DNA of 64,000 bases from an uncultured bacterium (GCA_965369655.1 CBDUQR010000005.1:23735-87734); one strand, 5' to 3'; counted from the first letter of the stretch, positions 29,258 to 39,491 are shown. The notes: generated by a model from the letters alone, not told the origin. Numbers and translations are program-made.

Positions 29258-29818
29258 TCACAATATCTCTCTTACTATCTCCGGGCGCGGGCGCGGGATG
29301 ACAATCTTGTTCACCAGCAGTCCCTGGCGTGAGATCACTTCTGCGCCAGCATCGACAGCGGCGGTAACAGCAGAAACCTCGCCGGTCATTGTCACGAACG
29401 CTTTGCCGCCAAGTGCCATAGCAAGCCTGATTTCGAGCAGCTCGACGTCGGCTGCTTTGACCGCCGCATCGGCGCCCTCGATAAGCGATGCGACAGAGAA
29501 CGATTCGAGTACACCCATCGCATCGAGGTTCTTGACGACATTTGTCGCAGTCAGCGCCGGAAATATCGAGTGATGTACATTCGGAATGATGAATGTGTCG
29601 ATCACCGCTTCAGCAGCAACTCGTTCGCCATCCTGCACCGATGACGTCACCGCTGCGACATCGCCGGTCACCATCACGATGTACTTCCCGGAGCAAATCG
29701 TCCTGTTCATGACCAACTCGACCGCCGCGGCCTTGAGCATCGCGTCAGCCGCCTCGATGCCCTTGGCAATCGACGAGAACTCGATCAAGCCAATACATTC
29801 TCTTATGATTTCGCCCAT
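29258..29818 (-). CDS. pduT: BMC-T tandem-domain shell protein, PduT-like
   Basis: IGLIEFSSIAKGIEAADAMLKAA, TICSGKY (Cys at the PduT FeS position), second domain ESFSVASLIEGADAAVKAA..IRLAMALGGK. Confidence 0.88.
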   Translation of the reverse strand: MGEIIRECIGLIEFSSIAKGIEAADAMLKAAAVELVMNRTICSGKYIVMVTGDVAAVTSSVQDGERVAAEAVIDTFIIPNVHHSIFPALTATNVVKNLDAMGVLESFSVASLIEGADAAVKAADVELLEIRLAMALGGKAFVTMTGEVSAVTAAVDAGAEVISRQGLLVNKIVIPRPRPEIVREIL

Positions 29819-31137
29819 CAGTTGACCTCTATCGTAATCGAATCGTCAATGTTCACAACTCGTCCGTTCACGGATGAATGCACGGGCGCGCCGAGCTTGT
29901 CGGTCGGTACGTTCCCGATCATATCGCCTTCAGACACATGTGCACCGACATCGACAGTCGGTTCGCATTGCACGCCAATATGCTGCTTCAGTGGAATAGT
30001 CACAGTCTGCGGCTTGAAATCGATCTCGGTGAACGGCGCAGGATGAGCATATCTATTCAGTCCAAGCTTGGTCTGGAGTTTGCTGGTCGGCACACGTCTG
30101 TGTTCTTTCATCGGATGAACTCTAACCGGCGCGGTCTGCTCCCATTTGACGCCTTTATTCTGGAGAGCAATCTTGGAATTGACGCAGGCATCACGCGGTT
30201 CGAGTTCTTCCGGACAGGCATACAGGCTGCATAGATTGCACTCACTACAGAGAAGCGCATGTATTGAAAACAGGTCGCGCTTTTCGCCCTCAAATCCGAG
30301 CGATCGCATGACCTTGTGCGGTTCGATCGCGTAGCCGAGAAGATACCGCGGACAGAATTCAGTGCAGTATGTACACTGGTCGCATGCTGATTTGCCGATG
30401 CGGTCTGATTGCTTCTTTGGCATCGACTTGCGGTAGATCAGCCGGTTGGATTTCGGCAGGACGATAAACCCAGCCGACGTCTTGACAATCGGCTTGTCGA
30501 AATCGGTCAGCACTTTGCCCATCATGGCTCCGCCATCGAGCACGGCAGGCTCGTCATCATTGAACGACACGCCACCAGCGACATCGATAAGATCGCGGAA
30601 TGAAGTACCCAACGGCACTTCAACAGTCATCGGATTCCTGACAGCGCCAGCGACAGTGACGTACTTAGTTGTCACTGGCGTTCCATCCGCAGCGTTTCTG
30701 ATATTCCGGAGTGTCTCGACATTGTTGACAATACAGCCGACCTGAAGTGGCAATCCCTCAGGCGGAATCAGTCGGCCCGTTACATGATATACGATTTCGT
30801 ATTCATCGCCGGCAGGATAGAAATCTCCGAGGAGCGACAGGCTGATCTTATGTTTCGGGCAAAATCGATTGAATTTCCCGACTGCGCTTTTATGCTTCTC
30901 CTTGAGAGCGACATGACGTTCCCCTGCCCCGACATAGTCGGCGGCAAGATTGAGACCGATCAGAATATCCTCGGCCTCGCGTTTCATCAGTTCGTTGTCT
31001 TTGGCAAGAAGAGGCTCGCACTCGGCGCCATTAGCGAGATAGTACTCGACGCGCGATTCGAGCTTTACATGTGTGGGAAAACCGGCGCCCCCAGCACCTA
31101 CAACGCCTGCAGCTTTTACTTTGTCCTTAAGGTCCAT
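29818..31137 (-). CDS. pduS: PduS-like (RnfC-family) FMN/4Fe-4S oxidoreductase
   Basis: AGVVGAGGAGFPTHVK, NGAECEPLL, YPAGDE, SLBB domain, CDQCTYCTEFCP and CSECNLCSLYACP, LKQHIG tail. Confidence 0.88.
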   Translation of the reverse strand: MDLKDKVKAAGVVGAGGAGFPTHVKLESRVEYYLANGAECEPLLAKDNELMKREAEDILIGLNLAADYVGAGERHVALKEKHKSAVGKFNRFCPKHKISLSLLGDFYPAGDEYEIVYHVTGRLIPPEGLPLQVGCIVNNVETLRNIRNAADGTPVTTKYVTVAGAVRNPMTVEVPLGTSFRDLIDVAGGVSFNDDEPAVLDGGAMMGKVLTDFDKPIVKTSAGFIVLPKSNRLIYRKSMPKKQSDRIGKSACDQCTYCTEFCPRYLLGYAIEPHKVMRSLGFEGEKRDLFSIHALLCSECNLCSLYACPEELEPRDACVNSKIALQNKGVKWEQTAPVRVHPMKEHRRVPTSKLQTKLGLNRYAHPAPFTEIDFKPQTVTIPLKQHIGVQCEPTVDVGAHVSEGDMIGNVPTDKLGAPVHSSVNGRVVNIDDSITIEVN

Positions 31138-31187
31138 TTATACCAATCGCAGGTTTGAGTCAACTCGGATCAGGGTCACTAACTCCC

Positions 31188-31365
31188 GTAGGTCGGCGTT
31201 CCGCAGCCCCGCGGGGCGGGGCAAGAAACCCGACTCTCGTATAACAAGATAGAGGTGTCGCGTTTCTCATCCCGCTTTGCGGGATTCGGAACACGACCTA
31301 CTATTGGGGCAGACGAGGACGTCTGCCGCCCACAAACATTGGCAGATGTGGACATCTGCCGTACA
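31188..31365. repeat. REP/REPIN cluster between BMC genes
   Basis: GTAGGTCGGCGTTCCG...CGGAACACGACCTAC inverted pair; GGGGCAGACGAGGACGTCTGCCGCCCAC; GGCAGATGTGGACATCTGCC. Confidence 0.7.
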
Positions 31366-31375
31366 CGAGGCGCAA

Positions 31376-31723
31376 CTATGCTCCGCCGCCTTTCGGTACA
31401 TCAATCTGATCTCTCCATCTGATGTACGAAAGGTGCGAGTCCGAATGAACTTCATCCCTGTCGATCTCCAGCTCGTCAATGATGCCCACCACCGCAGCCT
31501 CGATCGAACAGTTCTCGTTGCCAACCGCGAGTCGTGCCGCGCGACCATAGGCGACCATGACCATCTCGCCGATACCGGCGCCGAGGACATCCGCAGCGAC
31601 AACGATGTTCTGCGTTGGGACTTTGTCAAGGTCGTACGGATGGATGATCAGGAATCTCAGTGATTCGATATTGACCGTCTTCTTGGTGGACCAGAGTGTA
31701 CCTACTACTTTTCCTACAAACAT
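31376..31723 (-). CDS. BMC-P pentameric vertex protein (EutN/CcmL family)
   Basis: MFVGKVVGTLWSTKK, VAADVLGAGIGE.V....G.AAR, AAVVGIID. Confidence 0.93.
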   Translation of the reverse strand: MFVGKVVGTLWSTKKTVNIESLRFLIIHPYDLDKVPTQNIVVAADVLGAGIGEMVMVAYGRAARLAVGNENCSIEAAVVGIIDELEIDRDEVHSDSHLSYIRWRDQIDVPKGGGA

Positions 31724-32248
31724 TTAATCTATCCCGAGTGTTTTTTTGATTTCTTCTATGAGTTTCGACTTGGACGCCTTCGATATTTCTCTGCCCTGAA
31801 TTCCGAGTTTCGGGAGTTTCCGAGCGAATTGTCGCAACGCCGCGACCGTCATCGCCTGAAGCTGATCGTCGGTTATATCGAAATACCTTTCCGGATCGAA
31901 CGCCTTTCTCGCCCGTGGCCGGCTATCCGGCGCGCCGGATTGAGGACCGTAGCCCCGATACTTGCTGATGAATTTGCCCGGCGGCAGGATACTGTCCAAA
32001 CCATCATCCGGCCGTGGTATGACATGCACTGCAACCAGTTCCCCAACCCTCTGAGCGGCTGAAGCCCCGGCTTCCGCGGCAGCCTGCACTGCGCCGAGTT
32101 CTCCTTCGAATTTAATCGTCACAAGAGTGCTATCCGTCACCTCGGCAGTCTGTACGACAACAGCCGCCGCTTTCGCAGCAGCATCGCATGCTTCAATGGC
32201 GCCGACCAATCCGGCGGTTTCGATCAAACCTAACGCATCACGTTCCAT
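31724..32248 (-). CDS. BMC-H hexamer shell protein with C-terminal extension
   Basis: ALGLIETAGLVGAIEACDAAAKAA...GELGAVQAA...HVIPRP, then a linker and a basic helical domain (TVAALRQFAR...GREISKASKSKLI). Confidence 0.9.
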   Translation of the reverse strand: MERDALGLIETAGLVGAIEACDAAAKAAAVVVQTAEVTDSTLVTIKFEGELGAVQAAAEAGASAAQRVGELVAVHVIPRPDDGLDSILPPGKFISKYRGYGPQSGAPDSRPRARKAFDPERYFDITDDQLQAMTVAALRQFARKLPKLGIQGREISKASKSKLIEEIKKTLGID

Positions 32249-32342
32249 AGAACTCCAAGACTATGCGCCAATATAACATCCGAGTGCAATGGCGCGCAAC
32301 CGGTTTGAAGACAAATCAGGGAACGGTTTTTCTGCAAAGGCA

Positions 32343-33215
32343 TCAGATAGATCTCATTCTGCGCGCGATCACAACCCGTTCGATCTTGCTGTAGTCGAGC
32401 GCGATGTCGAGCAATTCCAGATGCGCCGTATGATCGACAAGACTCCGGACCTCATCCGATTGCCCCAGACCAATCTCGAAAATCAGAAAACCGCCCGGAA
32501 CCAGAACAGAATCGATCTCCTTCAGCATCCGCCTGATGAAATCAAGACCATCCGGCCCCGACGTGAGAGCCGTCGCTGGCTCGTACTCCGTGATCTGGCG
32601 ATGCAAAGATGGAACATCGGCCTCCCGAATATATGGCGGATTGCAGACGACGGTGTCGAAAAGGACTCCCTTGTTCCGGACAGGTTCAAACATGTCGCCT
32701 GTGTGAAACTCGAATCTCTGCTGCAGGTTGTGCATCATCACGTTTTCTTTTGCGAGGCTGATCGAATCTTCGGAGATGTCTGTGGCCACAACCGTCGCCT
32801 GTGGCAGATTCATCGCCAGCGCGATACCGATACATCCTGTTCCGCATCCGAGATCGAGGATGTACAGCCTGTCGAGTTCCTCGAGACGTTCAATCGCCTG
32901 CGACACCACAAATTCCGTCTCCGGTCGCGGGATCAGAGCGCGATTGTCGCACTTGATCTTCAGGCCGTAGAACTCTGTCTCACCGAGTATATGTTGCAGA
33001 GGCTCGTAAGCAAGCCGTCTCGACATAAGGCTTTCAAATTTCTCAACTATGTCCGAGGTTACCATCCTGTCGGGATCGAGGTAGAGATCGATCCGGGAGC
33101 ATCCCATGATCGAACAGATCATCCGTTCGACATTGATGCGGCAGGCATCGATCTCGATTGCTTCAAGCCTCGATGCTGCGGAGTTGATCAGATCGAGAAG
33201 TCTCTGTTCGGCCAT
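32343..33215 (-). CDS. prmC: Release factor glutamine N5-methyltransferase
   Basis: EPLQHILG..EFYG, LIPRPETE, LDLGCGTGCI, NPPY. Confidence 0.96.
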   Translation of the reverse strand: MAEQRLLDLINSAASRLEAIEIDACRINVERMICSIMGCSRIDLYLDPDRMVTSDIVEKFESLMSRRLAYEPLQHILGETEFYGLKIKCDNRALIPRPETEFVVSQAIERLEELDRLYILDLGCGTGCIGIALAMNLPQATVVATDISEDSISLAKENVMMHNLQQRFEFHTGDMFEPVRNKGVLFDTVVCNPPYIREADVPSLHRQITEYEPATALTSGPDGLDFIRRMLKEIDSVLVPGGFLIFEIGLGQSDEVRSLVDHTAHLELLDIALDYSKIERVVIARRMRSI

Positions 33216-33220
33216 CTTGC

Positions 33221-33445
33221 CTACAGGCTCGGCATGAACAGACCGGTGTCAATAATGGTCGGGTCGTCGGGGAAATCAAAGCCGGAACAGCCGAGTTTCT
33301 TGTTTCCGTGGATTGTGTAGCGCAAAGTCGAATTGCTGCGTTTGGACGATTCAGCAGCGTCGACCGCGCCGAACGGTATCAGCGGGGCGACTGCCGCAAC
33401 CGCAGTCGCGGTGCCCATTGTTTTCAGGAACTCGCGGCGGTCCAT
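33221..33445 (-). CDS. 74-aa peptide with twin-arginine signal
   Basis: MDRREFLK, hydrophobic stretch, VDA-A cleavage-like site; exactly fills the gap between pmbA and prmC; GAGGAAGAGG upstream. Confidence 0.75.
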   Translation of the reverse strand: MDRREFLKTMGTATAVAAVAPLIPFGAVDAAESSKRSNSTLRYTIHGNKKLGCSGFDFPDDPTIIDTGLFMPSL

Positions 33446-34783
33446 CTAAGCCTCTTCCTCCACGAGATTGAAATTCTCTATCAGTGCGTGCGGCACAAGC
33501 ATGACAACGGAAAACTGGGGATAGAGCACGCGCTCTTTCGAGAGCATCAACATATTCGAAAAGGCTTCGAGTATCGACTGCTGTATCCTCATGTTCACGA
33601 TCGCATCGCTGACCTTGCCGTTCTCGATCAGAAATGTGCCGTCGCGCGTGGTGCCGGTCACCATCGTCCGCATCGGATTCAAATAGTTGATATACCAGAA
33701 ATGTGTGATATATATGCCGTGTTTGACCGACCGGATCATCTCGTCAACAGTCGCGCTCCCGCCCCCCATCACCATGTGCTTCGGATACGGCGTGAAGCTC
33801 TTTGTCGCGACATGAGCATGCCCGGTCGATGACGAACCCATCAGGTTCGCATCGTAGGAATTCGAGACGACGCCTTTGGCTATGCCATTGGTCACAAGTT
33901 CAACGGTTTTCCGTGGAACGCCTTCGTAATCGAACGGCATACCGAGCATCTTTGGATTCGATGCGTCATCCTTGACCGTGAATTTGTCACCGGCGATCAT
34001 CTCGCCGATCTTGCCGGCCATGAATGATCTGTGCTGAACAAACGTCCCGCTGCCGAATCCCATGAATCCGAGGAAGAGCAGCAATTGCCCGACGGCGGCA
34101 GGTTCGAGCAGCACCGTATACTGCCCGGATGGAAGAGTGACAGGGTTCCTGCTCGCGGTCGCCTTGCGTGTGGCTCTTTCGGCAACGCCGGAGGGACGGA
34201 TGTTCGCGACATCGCGGTTGTAGCCTATCGCATAGCCGGATAAGCCGTCATCGCCGCTGACAGTGAGGGAAAGCTCCGCCTTTGTGCCCTCGAAATACTG
34301 CTCTGTTCCGAGCGAGTTGATCACTGCCACACGGTCCGTTACAGTCTTGAATGCACCGGCGGTACGGAATCCCTGCACGCCCGCGACTTTGTTCATCTGC
34401 CAGACTGCGTTTGCGCGGTCGGCAGGAGAATAGTTCGCAGTCGATTCGAAAAACGCACCCACATCCGGGACCTTCTCTGACTTCGGCAGTGAAACAAACC
34501 GCTCGTCATCCTCCTGGAATGAGCTTATGTCAACAGCGTCGGAGATTGCTCGCTTAACCGCATCGATTCCGAGCTTGTTTGTGGATGCCACTCCGATCTT
34601 CTTGCCGTTGACTACTCTCGCGATTATCGAGCAGTCGTTTCTCATAAGGTTCTGCTGAATCTGGCTCTCGGCAATGTGGGTCAGCGCGAAATCCTCGCCG
34701 TCATAGACCAGTTCGGCCTGATCGGCAGAAGCCGATTTCAACGCCTCATGTAGAATTGACAGGATTTGATCCTTTGACAGCAT
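33446..34783 (-). CDS. pmbA: TldE/PmbA family protein
   Basis: Y.VLLEPAAV, FDYEGVP, STGHA, TGTTRDGTFLIENG; no HExxH. Confidence 0.88.
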   Translation of the reverse strand: MLSKDQILSILHEALKSASADQAELVYDGEDFALTHIAESQIQQNLMRNDCSIIARVVNGKKIGVASTNKLGIDAVKRAISDAVDISSFQEDDERFVSLPKSEKVPDVGAFFESTANYSPADRANAVWQMNKVAGVQGFRTAGAFKTVTDRVAVINSLGTEQYFEGTKAELSLTVSGDDGLSGYAIGYNRDVANIRPSGVAERATRKATASRNPVTLPSGQYTVLLEPAAVGQLLLFLGFMGFGSGTFVQHRSFMAGKIGEMIAGDKFTVKDDASNPKMLGMPFDYEGVPRKTVELVTNGIAKGVVSNSYDANLMGSSSTGHAHVATKSFTPYPKHMVMGGGSATVDEMIRSVKHGIYITHFWYINYLNPMRTMVTGTTRDGTFLIENGKVSDAIVNMRIQQSILEAFSNMLMLSKERVLYPQFSVVMLVPHALIENFNLVEEEA

Positions 34784-36226
34784 CTATGCACCAACCTTTA
34801 TCTGTCTGAATCTGCATGGCGAAGTACCCTGCGCTGTCCGCCCATTCTGGGAGGGCTGTCCCTTGCCGCAATTCGGCGTGCCCCAGAGCTTCCAGAGCGA
34901 TTTGTCGCCTATCGAGTCGCATGAATTCCAGAACTTGACCGTGTTGCTCGAATAGGTCGGACGCTTGACCATATCGCCGAGTTTCCCGCCTTTGATTTCC
35001 CAGCCGATCTCGCAGCCGAGTTGAAAACTATCGCGCTCATCATCGATCGACCAACTCTCGACGGTCTCCATGTAGATACCATCATCGATGCCGCCGATCA
35101 GTTCATCGAAAGCCGAATCCCCCGGTTCGAGAATGACATTCGTGATGCGCACAATCGGCGGATTCCGCCATCCGTCGGCCATACACGCGCCTGACGATGA
35201 TCTGCCGATCCTGGCCGCGCTCGCGCGATTCGAGAGATAGCCGACGAGTAATCCGTCACGAACCAAGTCGACCCTGTGCGATTTCACGCCTTCATCGTCG
35301 TATCCCCACGTTGCCAGACCGCCGGGGTGAGTTGTGTCAGACACGAAGCTGACAATGGGCGACGCGTATTGCAACACATCGAGCTTGTCTGTTGTGGCAA
35401 ACGATGTCCCGCTGAAATTCCGTTCCGAGCCGAACACGCGATCGAGCTCAAGAGCATGACCGACCGATTCGTGAATCTGGAGCGACACCTGATCGCCCGA
35501 CAGCACGATATCATACACGCCGGACGGGCACTCTTTCGCGGTCATCATTGCCACAGCCTGTTCGGCAATCCTCGGGAGGTTCTCCTCGAATCCGATTTCA
35601 TCAATCAGTTCATAGCCTTTCGCCATGTATTGTCCGGACGAACTCGGGAACGATCTCTCGCTCCGATCGTGACGCGATTTCACAACTCCGCACGACGCTC
35701 CCGCGCCGGTGTGCAGAAGTTCCTGTTCAATCTTAGATCCCTCGGACGATACAAACAGCTTGCTGATTCGCCTGAAATCCATGAAGCAGTTCGACGAGGT
35801 TATACCCTCCTGCGCGCGCATTATCGCATCGTAGCTTTTCAGTCGGTCAATTTTCTCTGCGAGCGAAATCTCGAAAGGATCGATCCTGAAAGGCGTGACA
35901 TAACGATCTTTAGCCGATTCGATTGGCGCCAGTTCGATCCTGCGGTCGTTGATCTTAGCCGACGTCTTCGCGATCTCCACCGCCAGCCGCGCCGCATTGC
36001 GCACCGATTCTTCGGTCAACTCATTGCTCGCCGCAAATCCCCACGCACCATCGGCAATTACGCGAACGCCGAATCCGGCCGACAGATTGCGGTCGAGCAA
36101 GCCCGGCTTTGAATCCGAGACATCGACGCTCTCCGTGCGAGTCTCGACGAACCTGAAATCTGCGTATGAAGCACCCTGCTTCGTGGCGATGTCTATGGCG
36201 AGATGAGCAAGCTTCTCAAACTGCAT
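34784..36226 (-). CDS. tldD: TldD metalloprotease
   Basis: GFGVRVIADGAWGFA, HESVGHALE zinc motif, YDDEG, CGKGQP. Confidence 0.93.
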   Translation of the reverse strand: MQFEKLAHLAIDIATKQGASYADFRFVETRTESVDVSDSKPGLLDRNLSAGFGVRVIADGAWGFAASNELTEESVRNAARLAVEIAKTSAKINDRRIELAPIESAKDRYVTPFRIDPFEISLAEKIDRLKSYDAIMRAQEGITSSNCFMDFRRISKLFVSSEGSKIEQELLHTGAGASCGVVKSRHDRSERSFPSSSGQYMAKGYELIDEIGFEENLPRIAEQAVAMMTAKECPSGVYDIVLSGDQVSLQIHESVGHALELDRVFGSERNFSGTSFATTDKLDVLQYASPIVSFVSDTTHPGGLATWGYDDEGVKSHRVDLVRDGLLVGYLSNRASAARIGRSSSGACMADGWRNPPIVRITNVILEPGDSAFDELIGGIDDGIYMETVESWSIDDERDSFQLGCEIGWEIKGGKLGDMVKRPTYSSNTVKFWNSCDSIGDKSLWKLWGTPNCGKGQPSQNGRTAQGTSPCRFRQIKVGA

Positions 36227-36299
36227 GCGACCATTCTACGTCGAGAGAGTCAAAAAAACAAGTGAAAGCTTTTTGTGCGAGTCAGGATTATGCGAGCCA

Positions 36300-37178
36300 T
36301 CAGACGACGGCATGCAGCAGAACGGCGATTATGGTAATCAGCGATGCAGTAAATATACACGTTCGGGCGGTTCCGGCTAAAATAAGATTCCCCGTATCAG
36401 TTCCGGAAAACGCTGACCCTTTGAGCAGGAACGTCATGACAATCCAGATCACGACTGCGACTTCGAGAAGAGTATCACCGGGATCGAATGACCCGAACGG
36501 CCAACCGCCCCAGCCGTGCGGACCATGCACTCGTCGCTGTAGCATCGCGCTGAATAATACGTTCGCCAGCAGGAAAATCGCCGTCCAGAAAGATTGCTTC
36601 CCGATCAGGATCATTGCTGCGGGACGTTTCACGATCTCGAAACAAGTGAAAAAAGCGAGCAGCACAGCAAGGATGACCATTCCCCGGCTCAACTTCTGAA
36701 GGAGAAGGAGCCAGATCGGAGCGATCTCCTCGAATCTGATCGAGAAAAAATCTCCGCCGTCATCCTCAGCCGGGAGAGTAAGAAGCACCTTTTCATTTAT
36801 CCCTTCGACCTTGAAGTAGTACAGCGCAGTGGTTCCGGTCGGGTGTAACTGCATCGTAGCTTCATAATCGTCGATAGCCTCATCGGCCAGCTTCGCTTCA
36901 ATCGCTGCAAACTCAACACTCGTGTCCGCCTCGACTGCCGACCTGGTCATCAGAAATACTCTGAAAATCCGCGGCGGCAGCGAAGTTGTCACCCGTACGG
37001 TGAGCTTGGGAGGAAATTCCTGACCGCGATGCACCGGTCGGACATCATGCAGCATACGAATGCCGTCGTCGGCAGATTCGACAGTTCTGGAATCGCGATG
37101 TGACCTGTGAATCAGTTCAGAAGTGACGACAAGCGCGCAAGTGAGGAGAATAGCGGCTGCGATCTTCCATGTGCTCAA
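36300..37178 (-). CDS. Hypothetical membrane protein (N-terminal TM, soluble domain, about 4 C-terminal TMs)
   Basis: Hydropathy pattern and WGGWPFG loop; function unknown. Confidence 0.65.
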   Translation of the reverse strand: MSTWKIAAAILLTCALVVTSELIHRSHRDSRTVESADDGIRMLHDVRPVHRGQEFPPKLTVRVTTSLPPRIFRVFLMTRSAVEADTSVEFAAIEAKLADEAIDDYEATMQLHPTGTTALYYFKVEGINEKVLLTLPAEDDGGDFFSIRFEEIAPIWLLLLQKLSRGMVILAVLLAFFTCFEIVKRPAAMILIGKQSFWTAIFLLANVLFSAMLQRRVHGPHGWGGWPFGSFDPGDTLLEVAVVIWIVMTFLLKGSAFSGTDTGNLILAGTARTCIFTASLITIIAVLLHAVV

Positions 37179-37235
37179 CGCCCCGTATCTCCCTGCGTGT
37201 TGAAAAACGCCGTGACAAGTATTGCCCGCAGATTC

Positions 37236-37332
37236 GTCATCACGAGGAGCGTTAGCGACGTGGTGATCTCAGTTCTTGTAGTGCGCGACCTGACTTGAGA
37301 TTGCCACGCTCCTTTCAGTCGCTCGCAATGAC
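37236..37332 (-). repeat. Uninterrupted RPE-like double hairpin (empty form of the 28932/44520 copies)
   Basis: Reverse complement reads GTCATTGCGAGCGACTGAAAGGAGCGTGGCAATCTC...GAGATCACCACGTCGCTAACGCTCCTCGTGATGAC. Confidence 0.8.
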
Positions 37333-37386
37333 GGCGAATTCCAAAAGTAATTCGATACACCATGTCAATCACCTTTATCAACACAC

Positions 37387-38493
37387 TCATCCCTGCCGGG
37401 CGTTTTCGATCTCATGATCCTGCTGTGACAGCTTCAGCTTCTCCTGCTGATCGGCCAGACTCAGCGCGTCGATGACCTGCTGCAACTCTCCCTGCAGAAT
37501 GGCATCGAGCTGGTGGACCGTCAGGCCGATTCTGTGGTCAGTCACGCGCCCCTGCGGGAAATTATACGTGCGGATCTTGGCCGATCTGTCGCCGGTCGAA
37601 ACCATCGATTTCCGCTGGTCGGCGATTTCCTTGTGCTGCTGCTGCTGTGCCTGTTCGAGGAGTCGCGCGCGAAGTACCTTCATTGCTTTGTTCTTGTTCT
37701 TCAACTGCGATTTCTCGTCCTGGCAGGTAACGACCAGACCTGTCGGAACGTGGGTAATCCGAACTGCGGAATCGGTCGTGTTTACCGACTGCCCGCCCGG
37801 ACCGGTCGATCTGAAAACATCGACCTTAAGATCGTTCGGACTGATTCGGATATCGATTTCCTCAGCTTCAGGCAGCACGGCAACCGACGCAGCCGACGTG
37901 TGAATGCGTCCCGATGACTCAGTCACCGGTACCCTCTGCACCCTGTGAACGCCCGATTCATATTTCAGCTTGCCGTAAGCGCCTTTTCCCGTAATGAGGA
38001 AAATGATCTCTTTGAAACCGCCGACTCCTGTCGGATGCGACGACAGAGGTTCGAGCTTCCATCCCATTCTATCTGAGTAACGGCTGTACATCCGGTACAG
38101 ATCGGCTGCGAACAGGGCGGCTTCATCGCCACCGGTACCTGCGCGAATCTCCAGGACGGTATTGCGCGAATCATTCGGATCACGCGGCACAAGGAGGAGC
38201 TTCAGCTCCTCTTCAAGTGATTCTTTTTTCGGATAGAGTTCTTCGAGCTCGGCCCGCGCAAGTTCGGCAATTTCTTTATCCTCGCCGGAGTCTCGAAGCT
38301 CTTCGTTCTCTTCGATCTGCCGAGCGAGCTTCCTGTAACGAATACCGACCTCGACCATCTCAGAGAGGTCGCGGTGTTGCTTGGAGATGTCGCGAAGAGC
38401 CTTGAGATCGTTAATGACTTCAGGAGAGGCCAGCTTCTCGGTCAATTCGGCGAGCTTCGCTTCGAGCTTTTCGACAACCTCGGTCAATCCCAT
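37387..38493 (-). CDS. prfA: Peptide chain release factor 1
   Basis: [22 protein letters not shown] (PxT), GGQ motif, [15 protein letters not shown]. Confidence 0.98.
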   Translation of the reverse strand: MGLTEVVEKLEAKLAELTEKLASPEVINDLKALRDISKQHRDLSEMVEVGIRYRKLARQIEENEELRDSGEDKEIAELARAELEELYPKKESLEEELKLLLVPRDPNDSRNTVLEIRAGTGGDEAALFAADLYRMYSRYSDRMGWKLEPLSSHPTGVGGFKEIIFLITGKGAYGKLKYESGVHRVQRVPVTESSGRIHTSAASVAVLPEAEEIDIRISPNDLKVDVFRSTGPGGQSVNTTDSAVRITHVPTGLVVTCQDEKSQLKNKNKAMKVLRARLLEQAQQQQHKEIADQRKSMVSTGDRSAKIRTYNFPQGRVTDHRIGLTVHQLDAILQGELQQVIDALSLADQQEKLKLSQQDHEIENARQG

Positions 38494-39446
38494 CAGTCTT
38501 CGACCGCAATCTTTGCGGGGGCCTCTTCCATTCTCAGGGCACTCTTAAGCGCGGCGATAGCGACTTCGAGTTGATCGAGCGTCGGTTCTCTCGTCGTCAA
38601 TGCCTGAAGCCAGAGGCCGGGAGCGATGAAGAACTTCGTCACCTTGCTTTCCCTCGTCCTGCCGGACAGCTTGAGCAACTCATACGATGCACCTGCCACA
38701 AGCGGCAACAGACTGAAGTGAATGAGGAAACGTGTCAGCAACGTAGGCGGAGCGCCGGTGATGATCGCATATAGCGTGTCTGAGACACTGTAGACGATAA
38801 TGGCAAGTATTGCCACGATGAGCACGAAGCTGGTGCCGCATCTCGGATGCCGCGTCGTGAATGTCTGCGCAAGTTCGGGCGTAAGATTCTTGCCGCTCTC
38901 GTATGCCCAGATCGACTTGTGCTCGGCGCCGTGATACTGGAACACCCGCTTGAAATCCTTGAAGAACGAAATCCCCCAGATATACCCGAGGAACATCAGC
39001 ACCCGGATTATACCGGCAACGAGGTTGAACGATAGCGCATCCTTCTTGATATGAAGAAGTGAGGAGAACCAGAGTGGGAGAAAGAAAAACACACCGATAC
39101 CGATTGCCATCGCCACGACCACTGTCAACAGGAGCATCAGGCTCATTGAACTCGATGGCTTGCCGTCTTCGGATGCCTTCCCCTCCTGGATGTCGACGTC
39201 CATTGCGGCGATTTCCGCAGAGAAGTTCAGGGATTTGATGCCGATTGCGAGCATCTCCACAAACGTGACCACCCCTCGCACGATCGGCAATCCGAGAAAC
39301 TTGTTTCGTTTCGAGAGCGGCACGAAGTCATTGTTCCTGACCTTGATCGTGCCATCGATACGCCTGACGGCGGTCGAGATGCGGTCGGTGGAGCGCATCA
39401 TCACACCCTCAATTACCGCCTGTCCGCCAACACTCAGATCCGGCAT
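38493..39446 (-). CDS. DUF1385 domain membrane protein
   Basis: [42 protein letters not shown]. Confidence 0.93.
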   Translation of the reverse strand: MPDLSVGGQAVIEGVMMRSTDRISTAVRRIDGTIKVRNNDFVPLSKRNKFLGLPIVRGVVTFVEMLAIGIKSLNFSAEIAAMDVDIQEGKASEDGKPSSSMSLMLLLTVVVAMAIGIGVFFFLPLWFSSLLHIKKDALSFNLVAGIIRVLMFLGYIWGISFFKDFKRVFQYHGAEHKSIWAYESGKNLTPELAQTFTTRHPRCGTSFVLIVAILAIIVYSVSDTLYAIITGAPPTLLTRFLIHFSLLPLVAGASYELLKLSGRTRESKVTKFFIAPGLWLQALTTREPTLDQLEVAIAALKSALRMEEAPAKIAVED

Positions 39447-39491
39447 GCCCGTCCTCTGGTAAAACCGTTTGAGTCAAATGAGTCCAAATAG

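Noticed and set aside
32289-33320. Long antisense ORFs (e.g. 32289..33320, 50728..51876, 1192..2016, 5165..5998, 35276..36112)
   Set aside because: These are shadow frames opposite well-supported genes and show no recognisable motifs.
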